From positions 9,920,001 to 9,984,000 of the forward strand of contig OZ024757.1 in assembly GCA_964016885.1 (NCBI GenBank): a stretch of 64,000 nucleotides of DNA, given 5' to 3'. Source of the stretch: Eledone cirrhosa. Lineage: Eukaryota. Position numbers and translations under genes: made by a program. A model generated the notes under the pieces. That model searched no databases. It was not told the origin of the DNA and saw nothing but the letters and a program-made list of their open reading frames with translations. This document shows, one piece after another, positions 25,501-36,400 of this stretch (positions are counted from its first letter, which is position 1; each line of letters starts with the position of its first letter).

Positions 25501-28500
25501 AGTTAAGTTGGGGTTAAGGTAAGTTGGGGTTAAGTTAAGTTGGGGTTAAGTTAAGTTGGGGTTACGTTAAGTTGGGGTTAAGTTAAGTTGGGGTTAAGTT
25601 AAGTTGGGATTAAGTCAAGTTGGTGTTAAGTCAAGTTGGGGTTAAGTCAAGTTGGGGTTAAGTCAAGTTGGGGTTAAGTCAAGTTTGGGTTAAGTTAAGT
25701 TGGGGTTAAGTTAAGTGGGGGTTAAGTTAACTTGGGGTTAAGTTAAGTTGGGGCTAATTTAAGTTGGTGTTAATTTAAGTTGGGGTTAAGTTAAGTTGGG
25801 GTTAAGTTAAGTTGGGGTTAAATTAAGCTGGGGTTAACTTAAGTAGGGGTTAAGTTAAGTTGGGTTAAGTTGGGATTAACTTAAATTTGGGTTAAGTTAA
25901 GTTGGGGTTAAGTTAAGTTCGGATTGAGTCAAGTGTGGGGTCAAGTCAAGTTGGGGTTAAGTCAAGTTGGGTTTAAGTTAAGTTGGGGTTAAGTTAAGTT
26001 GGGGTTAAGTTAAGTTGGTGTTAAGTTAAGTTGGGGTTAAGTTAAGTTGGGGTTAAGTTAATATGGGGTTAAGTTAAGTTGGGGTTAAGTTAAGTTGGGG
26101 TTAAGTCAAGTTGGGGTTAAGTCAAGTTGGGGTTAAGTTAAGTTGGGGTTAAGTTAAGTTGGGGTTAAGTTAAGTTGGGGGTAAGTTAATTAAGTCGGGG
26201 GTAATTTAAGTTGGGGGTAAGTTAAGCTGGGGTTAAGTTAAATTGGGGTTAAGTTAAGTTGGGGTTAAGTTAAGTAGGGGTTAAGTTAAGTTGGGGTTAA
26301 GTTGGGGTTAAGTTAAGTTGGGGTTAAGTTAATTTGGGGTTAAGTTAAGTTGGGGTTAAGTTGGGGTTAAGTTAAGTTGGGGTTAAGTTGGGGTTAAGTT
26401 AAGTTGGGGTTAAGTTAAGTTGGGGTTAAGTTAAGTTGGGGGTAAGTTAAGTTAGGGGTAATTTAAGTTGGGGTTAAGTTAAGTTGGGGTTAAGTTAAGT
26501 TGGGGTTAAGGTAAGTTGGGGTTAAGTTAAGTTGGGGTTAAGTTAAGTTGGGGTTAAGTTAAGTTGGGTTTAAGTTAAGTTGGGATTAAATCAAGTTGGG
26601 GTTAAGTCAAGTTGGGGTTAAGTCAAGTTGGGGTTAATTCAAGTTGGGGTTAAGTCAAGTTGGGATTAAGTCAAGTTGGGGTTAAGTCAAGTTGGGGTTA
26701 AGTTAAGTTGGGGTTAAGTTAAGTTGGGGTTAAGTTAAGTTGGGTTTAAGTTAAGTTGGGGTTAAGTTAAGTAGGGGTTAAGTTAAGTTGGGGTTAAGTT
26801 GGGGTTAAGTTAAGTTGGGGTTAAGTTGGGTTAAGTTAAGTTGGGGTTAATTAAGTTGGGGGTAAGTTAAGTTAGGGGTAAGTTAAGTTGGGGTTAATTT
26901 AAGTTGGGGTTAAGTTAAGTTGGGGTTAAGTTAAGTTGGGGTTAAGTTAAGTTGGGGTTAATTTAAGTTGGGTTTAAGTTAAGTTGGGGTTAAGGTAAGT
27001 TGGGGTTAAGTTAAGTTGGGGTTAAGTTAAGTTGGGGTTACGTTAAGTTGGGGTTAAGTTAAGTTGGGGTTAAGTTAAGTTGGGATTAAGTCAAGTTGGT
27101 GTTAAGTCAAGTTGGGGTTAAGTCAAGTTGGGGTTAAGTCAAGTTGGGGTTAAGTCAAGTTTGGGTTAAGTTAAGTTGGGGTTAAGTTAAGCGGGGGTTA
27201 TGTTAACTTGGGGTTAAGTTAAGTTGGGGCTAATTTAAGTTGGTGTTAATTTAAGTTGGGGTTAAGTTAAGTTGGGGTTAAGTTAAGTTGGGGTTAAATT
27301 AAGCTGGGGTTAACTTAAGTAGGGGTTAAGTTAAGTTGGGTTAAGTTGGGATTAACTTAAGTTTGGGTTAAGTTAAGTTGGGGTTAAGTTAAGTTCGGAT
27401 TGAGTCAAGTGTGGGGTTAAGTCAAGTTGGGGTTAAGTGAAGTTGGGTTTAAGTTAAGTTGGGGTTAAGTTAAGTTGGGGTTAAGTTAAGTTGGTGTTAA
27501 GTTAAGTTGGGGTTAAGGTAAGTTGGGTTTAAGTTAAGTTGGGGTTCAGTTAAGTTGGGGCTAAGTTAAGTTGGGGTTAAGTTGGGGTTAAGTTAATTTG
27601 GGGTTACGTTAAGTTGGGGTTAAGTTAAGTTGGGGGTAAGTTAAGTTAGGGGTAATTTAAGTTGGGGTTAAGTTAAGTTGGGGTTAAGGTAAGTTGGGGT
27701 TAAGTTAAGTTGGTGTTAAGTTAAGTTGGGGGTAAGTTAAGTTAGGGGTAAGTTAAGTTGGGGTTAAGTTAAGTCGGGGTTAAGTTAAGTTGGGGATAAG
27801 TTAAGTTGGGGTTAATTTAAGTTGGGGTTAAGTTATGTTGGGGTTAAGGTAAGTTGGGGTTAAGTTAAGTTGGGGTTAAGTTAAGTTGGGGTTACCTTAA
27901 GTTGGGGTTAAGTTAAGTTGGGGTTAAGTTAAGTTGGGGTTAAGTTAAGTTGGGGTTAAGTTAAGTTAGGGGTAAGTCAAGTTGGGGTTAAATCAAGTTG
28001 GGTTTAAGTTAAGTTGGGGTTCAGTTAAGTTGGGGTTAAGTTGGGTTAAGTTAAGTTGGGGTTAATTAAGTTGGGGGTAAGTTAAGTTAGGGGTAAGTTA
28101 AGTTGGGGTTAATTTAAGTTGGGGTTAAGTTAAGTTGGGGTTAAGTTAAGTTGGGGTTAAGTTAAGTTGGGGTTAATTTAAGTTGGGGTTAAGTTAAGTT
28201 GGGGTTAAGGTAAGTTGGGGTTAAGTTAAGTTGGGGTTAAGTTAAGTTGGGGTTACGTTAAGTTGGGGTTAAGTTAAGTTGGGGTTAAGTTAAGTTGGGA
28301 TTAAGTCAAGTTGGTGTTAAGTCAAGTTGGGGTTAAGTCAAGTTGGGGTTAAGTCAAGTTGGGGTTAAGTCAAGTTTGGGTTAATTTAAGTTGGGGTTAA
28401 GTTAAGCGGGGGTTATGTTAACTTGGGGTTAAGTTAAGTTGGGGCTAATTTAAGTTGGTGTTAATTTAAGTTGGGGTTAAGTTAAGTTGGGGTTAAGTTA

Positions 28501-31500
28501 AGTTGGGGTTAAATTAAGCTGGGGTTAACTTAAGTAGGGGTTAAGTTAAGTTGGGTTAAGTTGGGATTAACTTAAGTTTGGGTTAAGTTAAGTTGGGGTT
28601 AAGTTAAGTTCGGATTGAGTCAAGTGTGGGGTTAAGTCAAGTTGGGGTTAAGTGAAGTTGGGTTTAAGTTAAGTTGGGGTTAAGTTAAGTTGGGGTTAAG
28701 TTAAGTTGGTGTTAAGTTAAGTTGGGGTTAAGTTAAGTTGGGGTTAAGTTAATATGGGGTTAAGTTAAGTTGGGGTTAAGTTAAGTTGGGGTTAAGTCAA
28801 GTTGGGGTTAAGTCAAGTTGGGGTTAAGTTAAGTTGGGGTTAAGTTAAGTTGGGGTTAAGTTAAGTTGGGGGTAAGTTAATTAAGTCGGGGGTAATTTAA
28901 GTTGGGGGTAAGTTAAGCTGGGGTTAAGTTAAATTGGGGTTAAGTTAAGTTGGGGTTAAGTTAAGTAGGGGTTAAGTTAAGTTGGGGTTAAGTTGGGGTT
29001 AAGTTAAGTTGGGGTTAAGTTAATTTGGGGTTAAGTTAAGTTGGGGTTAAGTTAAGTTGGGGTTAAGTTAAGTTGGGGGTAAGTTAAGTTAGGGGTAAGT
29101 TAAGTTGGGGTTAAGTTAAGTTGGGGTTAAGTTAAGTTGGGGATAAGTTAAGTTGGGGTTAATTTAAGTTGGGGTTAAGTTAAGTTGGGGTTAAGGTAAG
29201 TTGGGGTTAAGTTAAGTTGGGGTTAAGTTAAGTTGGGGTTACGTTAAGTTGGGGTTAAGTTAAGTTGGGGTTAAGTTAAGTTGGGATTAAGTCAAGTTGG
29301 GGTTAAGTCAAGTTGGGGTTAAGTCAAGTTGGGATTAAGTCAAGTTGGGGTTAAGTCAAGTTGGGGTTAAGTTAAGTTGGGGTTAATTTAAGTTGGGGTT
29401 AAGTTAAGTTGGGGTTAAATTAAGTTGGGGGTAAGTTAATTAAGTCGGGGGTAATTTAAGTTGGGGGTAAGTTAAGCTGGGGTTAAGTTAAGTTGGGGTT
29501 AAGTTAAGTTGGGGTTAAGTTAAGTAGGGGTTAAGTTAAGTTGGGGTTAAGTTGGGGTTAAGTTAAGTTGGGGTTAAGTTAATTTGGGGTTAAGTTAAGT
29601 TGGGGTTAAGTTAAGTTGGGGTTAAGTTAAGTTGGGGATAAGTTAAGTTGGGGTTAATTTAAGTTGGGGTTAAGTTATGTTGGGGTTAAGGTAAGTTGGG
29701 GTTAAGTTAAGTTGGGGTTAAGTTAATTTAGGGGTAATTTAAGTTGGGGTTAGGTTAAGTTGGGGTTAAGGTAAGTTGGGGTTAAGTTAAGTTGGGGTTA
29801 AGTTAAGTTGGGGGTAAGTTAAGTTAGGGGTAAGTCAAGTTGGGGTTAAATCAAGTTGGGTTTAAGTTAAGTTGGGGTTCAGTTAAGTTGGGGCTAAGTT
29901 AAGTTGGGGTTAAGTTGGGGTTAAGTTAAGTTGGGGTTAAGTTAAGTTGGGGTTAAGGTAAGTTGGGGTTAAGTTAAGTTGGGGTTAAGTTAAGTTGGGG
30001 GTAAGTTAAGTTAGGGGTAAGTCAAGTTGGGGTTAAATCAAGTTGGGTTTAAGTTAAGTTGGGGTTCAGTTAAGTTGGGGCTAAGTTAAGTTGGGGTTAA
30101 GTTGGGGTTAAGTAAAGTTGGGGTTAAGTTAAGTTGGGGTTAAGTTAAGTTGGGGGTAAGTTAAGTTAGGGGTAATTTAAGTTGGGGTTAAGTTAAGTTG
30201 GGGTTAAGTTAAGTTGGGGTTAAGGTAAGTTGGGGTTAAGTTAAGTTGGGGTTAAGTTAAGTTGGGGTTAAGTTAAGTTGGGTTTAAGTTAAGTTGGGAT
30301 TAAATCAAGTTGGGGTTAAGTCAAGTTGGGGTTAAGTCAAGTTGGGGTTAATTCAAGTTGGGGTTAAGTCAAGTTGGGATTAAATCAAGTTGGGGTTAAG
30401 TCAAGTTGGGGTTAAGTTAAGTTGGGGTTAAGTTAAGTTGGGGTTAAGTTAAGTTGGGTTTAAGTTAAGTTGGGGTTAAGTTAAGTAGGGGTTAAGTTAA
30501 GTTGGGGTTAAGTTGGGGTTAAGTTAAGTTGGGGTTAAGTTAAGTTGGGTTAAGTTAAGTTGGGGTTAATTAAGTTGGGGGTAAGTTAAGTTAGGGGTAA
30601 GTTAAGTTGGGGTTAATTTAAGTTGGGGTTAAGTTAAGTTGGGGTTAATTTAAGTTGGGGTTAAGTTAAGTTGGAGTTAATTTAAGTTGGGGTTAAGTTA
30701 AGTTGGGGTTAAGGTAAGTTGGGGTTAAGTTAAGTTGGGGTTAAGTTAAGTTGGGGTTACGTTAAGTTGGGGTTAAGTTAAGTTGGGGTTAAGTTAAGTT
30801 GGGATTAAGTCAAGTTGGTGTTAAGTCAAGTTGGGGTTAAGTCAAGTTGGGGTTAAGTCAAGTTGGGGTTAAGTCAAGTTTGGGTTAAGTTAAGTTGGGG
30901 TTAAGTTAAGTGGGGGTTAAGTTAACTTGGGGTTAAGTTAAGTTGGGGCTAATTTAAGTTGGTGTTAATTTAAGTTGGGGTTAAGTTAAGTTGGGGTTAA
31001 GTTAAGTTGGGGTTAAATTAAGCTGGGGTTAACTTAAGTAGGGGTTAAGTTAAGTTGGGTTAAGTTGGGATTAACTTAAGTTTGGGTTAAGTTAAGTTGG
31101 GGTTAAGTTAAGTTCGGATTGAGTCAAGTGTGGGGTTAAGTCAAGTTGGGGTTAAGTCAAGTTGGGTTTAAGTTAAGTTGGGGTTAAGTTAAGTTGGGGT
31201 TAAGTTAAGTTGGTGTTAAGTTGAGTTGGGGTTAAGTTAAGTTGGGGTTAAGTTAATATGGGGTTAAGTTAAGTTGGGGTTAAGTTAAGTTGGGGTTAAG
31301 TCAAGTTGGGGTTAAGTCAAGTTGGGGTTAAGTTAAGTTGGGGTTAAGTTAAGTTGGGGTTAAGTTAAGTTGGGGGTAAGTTAATTAAGTCGGGGGTAAT
31401 TTAAGTTGGGGGTAAGTTAAGCTGGGGTTAAGTTAAATTGGGGTTAAGTTAAGTTGGGGTTAAGTTAAGTAGGGGTTAAGTTAAGTTGGGGTTAAGTTGG

Positions 31501-32910
31501 GGTTAAGTTAAGTTGGGGTTAAGTTAATTTGGGGTTAAGTTAAGTTGGGGTTAAGTTAAGTTGGGGTTAAGTTAAGTTGGGGTTAAGTTAAGTTGGGGGT
31601 AAGTTAAGTTAGGGGTAATTTAAGTTGGGGTTAAGTTAAGTTGGGGTTAAGTTAAGTTGGGGTTAAGGTAAGTTGGGGTTAAGTTAAGTTGGGGTTAAGT
31701 TAAGTTGGGGTTAAGTTAAGTTGGGTTTAAGTTAAGTTGGGATTAAATCAAGTTGGGGTTAAGTCAAGTTGGGGTTAAGTCAAGTTGGGGTTAATTCAAG
31801 TTGGGGTTAAGTCAAGTTGGGATTAAGTCAAGTTGGGGTTAAGTCAAGTTGGGGTTAAGTTAAGTTGGGGTTAAGTTAAGTTGGGGTTAAGTTAAGTTGG
31901 GTTTAAGTTAAGTTGGGGTTAAGTTAAGTAGGGGTTAAGTTAAGTTGGGATTAAGTTGGGGTTAAGTTAAGTTGGGGTTAAGTTAAGTTGGGTTAAGTTA
32001 AGTTGGGGTTAATTAAGTTGGGGGTAAGTTAAGTTAGGGGTAAGTTAAGTTGGGGTTAATTTAAGTTGGGGTTAAGTTAAGTTGGGGTTAAGTTAAGTTG
32101 GGGTTAAGTTAAGTTGGGGTTAATTTAAGTTGGGGTTAAGTTAAGTTGGGGTTAAGGTAAGTTGGGGTTAAGTTAAGTTGGGGTTAAGTTAAGTTGGGGT
32201 TACGTTAAGTTGGGGTTAAGTTAAGTTGGGGTTAAGTTAAGTTGGGGTTAAGGTAAGTTGGGGTTAAGTTAAGTTGGGGTTAAGTTAAGTTGGGGTTACG
32301 TTAAGTTGGGGTTAAGTTAAGTTGGGGTTAAGTTAAGTTGGGATTAAGTCAAGTTGGTGTTAAGTCAAGTTGGGGTTAAGTCAAGTTGGGGTTAAGTCAA
32401 GTTGGGGTTAAGTCAAGTTTGGGTTAAGTTAAGTTGGGGTTAAGTTAAGTGGGGGTTAAGTTAACTTGGGGTTAAGTTAAGTTGGGGCTAATTTAAGTTG
32501 GTGTTAATTTAAGTTGGGGTTAAGTTAAGTTGGGGTTAAGTTAAGTTGGGGTTAAATTAAGCTGGGGTTAACTTAAGTAGGGGTTAAGTTAAGTTGGGTT
32601 AAGTTGGGATTAACTTAAATTTGGGTTAAGTTAAGTTGGGGTTAAGTTAAGTTCGGATTGAGTCAAGTGTGGGGTCAAGTCAAGTTGGGGTTAAGTCAAG
32701 TTGGGTTTAAGTTAAGTTGGGGTTAAGTTAAGTTGGGGTTAAGTTAAGTTGGTGTTAAGTTAAGTTGGGGTTAAGTTAAGTTGGGGTTAAGTTAATATGG
32801 GGTTAAGTTAAGTTGGGGTTAAGTTAAGTTGGGGTTAAGTCAAGTTGGGGTTAAGTCAAGTTGGGGTTAAGTTAAGTTGGGGTTAAGTTAAGTTGGGGTT
32901 AAGTTAAGTT
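21300..32910 (+). repeat. Duplication at 6734-bp offset (~21300-26175 and ~28035-32910)
   Basis: Three consecutive marker pairs share the offset 6734: 21877/28611, 24381/31115 and 25920/32654. Both copies carry the variants GGTGTTAAGTTGAG and GGGATTAAGTTGGGG. Confidence 0.85.
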
Positions 32911-33489
32911 GGGGGTAAGTTAAGTTAGGGGTAAGTTAAGTTGGGGTTAATTTAAGTTGGGGTTAAGTTAAGTTGGGGTTAAGTTAAGTTGGGGTTAAGT
33001 TAAGTTGGGGTTAATTTAAGTTGGGGTTAAGTTAAGTTGGGGTTAAGGTAAGTTGGGGTTAAGTTAAGTTGGGGTTAAGTTAAGTTGGGGTTACGTTAAG
33101 TTGGGGTTAAGTTAAGTTGGGGTTAAGTTAAGTTGGGATTAAGTCAAGTTGGTGTTAAGTCAAGTTGGGGTTAAGTCAAGTTGGGGTTAAGTCAAGTTGG
33201 GGTTAAGTCAAGTTTGGGTTAAGTTAAGTTGGGGTTAAGTTAAGTGGGGGTTAAGTTAACTTGGGGTTAAGTTAAGTTGGGGCTAATTTAAGTTGGTGTT
33301 AATTTAAGTTGGGGTTAAGTTAAGTTGGGGTTAAGTTAAGTTGGGGTTAAATTAAGCTGGGGTTAACTTAAGTAGGGGTTAAGTTAAGTTGGGTTAAGTT
33401 GGGATTAACTTAAGTTTGGGTTAAGTTAAGTTGGGGTTAAGTTAAGTTCGGATTGAGTCAAGTGTGGGGTTAAGTCAAGTTGGGGTTAA

Positions 33490-36400
33490 GTCAAGTTGGG
33501 TTTAAGTTAAGTTGGGGTTAAGTTAAGTTGGGGTTAAGTTAAGTTGGTGTTAAGTTGAGTTGGGGTTAAGTTAAGTTGGGGTTAAGTTAATATGGGGTTA
33601 AGTTAAGTTGGGGTTAAGTTAAGTTGGGGTTAAGTCAAGTTGGGGTTAAGTCAAGTTGGGGTTAAGTTAAGTTGGGGTTAAGTTAAGTTGGGGTTAAGTT
33701 AAGTTGGGGGTAAGTTAATTAAGTCGGGGGTAATTTAAGTTGGGGGTAAGTTAAGCTGGGGTTAAGTTAAATTGGGGTTAAGTTAAGTTGGGGTTAAGTT
33801 AAGTAGGGGTTAAGTTAAGTTGGGGTTAAGTTGGGGTTAAGTTAAGTTGGGGTTAAGTTAATTTGGGGTTAAGTTAAGTTGGGGTTAAGTTAAGTTGGGG
33901 TTAAGTTAAGTTGGGGTTAAGTTAAGTTGGGGGTAAGTTAAGTTAGGGGTAATTTAAGTTGGGGTTAAGTTAAGTTGGGGTTAAGTTAAGTTGGGGTTAA
34001 GGTAAGTTGGGGTTAAGTTAAGTTGGGGTTAAGTTAAGTTGGGGTTAAGTTAAGTTGGGTTTAAGTTAAGTTGGGATTAAATCAAGTTGGGGTTAAGTCA
34101 AGTTGGGGTTAAGTCAAGTTGGGGTTAATTCAAGTTGGGGTTAAGTCAAGTTGGGATTAAGTCAAGTTGGGGTTAAGTCAAGTTGGGGTTAAGTTAAGTT
34201 GGGGTTAAGTTAAGTTGGGGTTAAGTTAAGTTGGGTTTAAGTTAAGTTGGGGTTAAGTTAAGTAGGGGTTAAGTTAAGTTGGGATTAAGTTGGGGTTAAG
34301 TTGGGGTTAAGTTAAGTTGGGTTAAGTTAAGTTGGGGTTAATTAAGTTGGGGGTAAGTTAAGTTAGGGGTAAGTTAAGTTGGGGTTAATTTAAGTTGGGG
34401 TTAAGTTAAGTTGGGGTTAAGTTAAGTTGGGGTTAAGTTAAGTTGGGGTTAATTTAAGTTGGGGTTAAGTTAAGTTGGGGTTAAGGTAAGTTGGGGTTAA
34501 GTTAAGTTGGGGTTAAGTTAAGTTGGGGTTACGTTAAGTTGGGGTTAAGTTAAGTTGGGGTTAAGTTAAGTTGGGGTTAAGGTAAGTTGGGGTTAAGTTA
34601 AGTTGGGGTTAAGTTAAGTTGGGGTTACGTTAAGTTGGGGTTAAGTTAAGTTGGGGTTAAGTTAAGTTGGGATTAAGTCAAGTTGGTGTTAAGTCAAGTT
34701 GGGGTTAAGTCAAGTTGGGGTTAAGTCAAGTTGGGGTTAAGTCAAGTTTGGGTTAAGTTAAGTTGGGGTTAAGTTAAGTGGGGGTTAAGTTAACTTGGGG
34801 TTAAGTTAAGTTGGGGCTAATTTAAGTTGGTGTTAATTTAAGTTGGGGTTAAGTTAAGTTGGGGTTAAGTTAAGTTGGGGTTAAATTAAGCTGGGGTTAA
34901 CTTAAGTAGGGGTTAAGTTAAGTTGGGTTAAGTTGGGATTAACTTAAATTTGGGTTAAGTTAAGTTGGGGTTAAGTTAAGTTCGGATTGAGTCAAGTGTG
35001 GGGTCAAGTCAAGTTGGGGTTAAGTCAAGTTGGGTTTAAGTTAAGTTGGGGTTAAGTTAAGTTGGGGTTAAGTTAAGTTGGTGTTAAGTTAAGTTGGGGT
35101 TAAGTTAAGTTGGGGTTAAGTTAATATGGGGTTAAGTTAAGTTGGGGTTAAGTTAAGTTGGGGTTAAGTCAAGTTGGGGTTAAGTCAAGTTGGGGTTAAG
35201 TTAAGTTGGGGTTAAGTTAAGTTGGGGTTAAGTTAAGTTGGGGGTAAGTTAATTAAGTCGGGGGTAATTTAAGTTGGGGGTAAGTTAAGCTGGGGTTAAG
35301 TTAAATTGGGGTTAAGTTAAGTTGGGGTTAAGTTAAGTAGGGGTTAAGTTAAGTTGGGGTTAAGTTGGGGTTAAGTTAAGTTGGGGTTAAGTTAATTTGG
35401 GGTTAAGTTAAGTTGGGGTTAAGTTGGGGTTAAGTTAAGTTGGGGTTAAGTTGGGGTTAAGTTAAGTTGGGGTTAAGTTAAGTTGGGGTTAAGTTAAGTT
35501 GGGGGTAAGTTAAGTTAGGGGTAATTTAAGTTGGGGTTAAGTTAAGTTGGGGTTAAGTTAAGTTGGGGTTAAGGTAAGTTGGGGTTAAGTTAAGTTGGGG
35601 TTAAGTTAAGTTGGGGTTAAGTTAAGTTGGGTTTAAGTTAAGTTGGGATTAAATCAAGTTGGGGTTAAGTCAAGTTGGGGTTAAGTCAAGTTGGGGTTAA
35701 TTCAAGTTGGGGTTAAGTCAAGTTGGGATTAAGTCAAGTTGGGGTTAAGTCAAGTTGGGGTTAAGTTAAGTTGGGGTTAAGTTAAGTTGGGGTTAAGTTA
35801 AGTTGGGTTTAAGTTAAGTTGGGGTTAAGTTAAGTAGGGGTTAAGTTAAGTTGGGGTTAAGTTGGGGTTAAGTTAAGTTGGGGTTAAGTTGGGTTAAGTT
35901 AAGTTGGGGTTAATTAAGTTGGGGGTAAGTTAAGTTAGGGGTAAGTTAAGTTGGGGTTAATTTAAGTTGGGGTTAAGTTAAGTTGGGGTTAAGTTAAGTT
36001 GGGGTTAAGTTAAGTTGGGGTTAATTTAAGTTGGGTTTAAGTTAAGTTGGGGTTAAGGTAAGTTGGGGTTAAGTTAAGTTGGGGTTAAGTTAAGTTGGGG
36101 TTACGTTAAGTTGGGGTTAAGTTAAGTTGGGGTTAAGTTAAGTTGGGATTAAGTCAAGTTGGTGTTAAGTCAAGTTGGGGTTAAGTCAAGTTGGGGTTAA
36201 GTCAAGTTGGGGTTAAGTCAAGTTTGGGTTAAGTTAAGTTGGGGTTAAGTTAAGCGGGGGTTATGTTAACTTGGGGTTAAGTTAAGTTGGGGCTAATTTA
36301 AGTTGGTGTTAATTTAAGTTGGGGTTAAGTTAAGTTGGGGTTAAGTTAAGTTGGGGTTAAATTAAGCTGGGGTTAACTTAAGTAGGGGTTAAGTTAAGTT

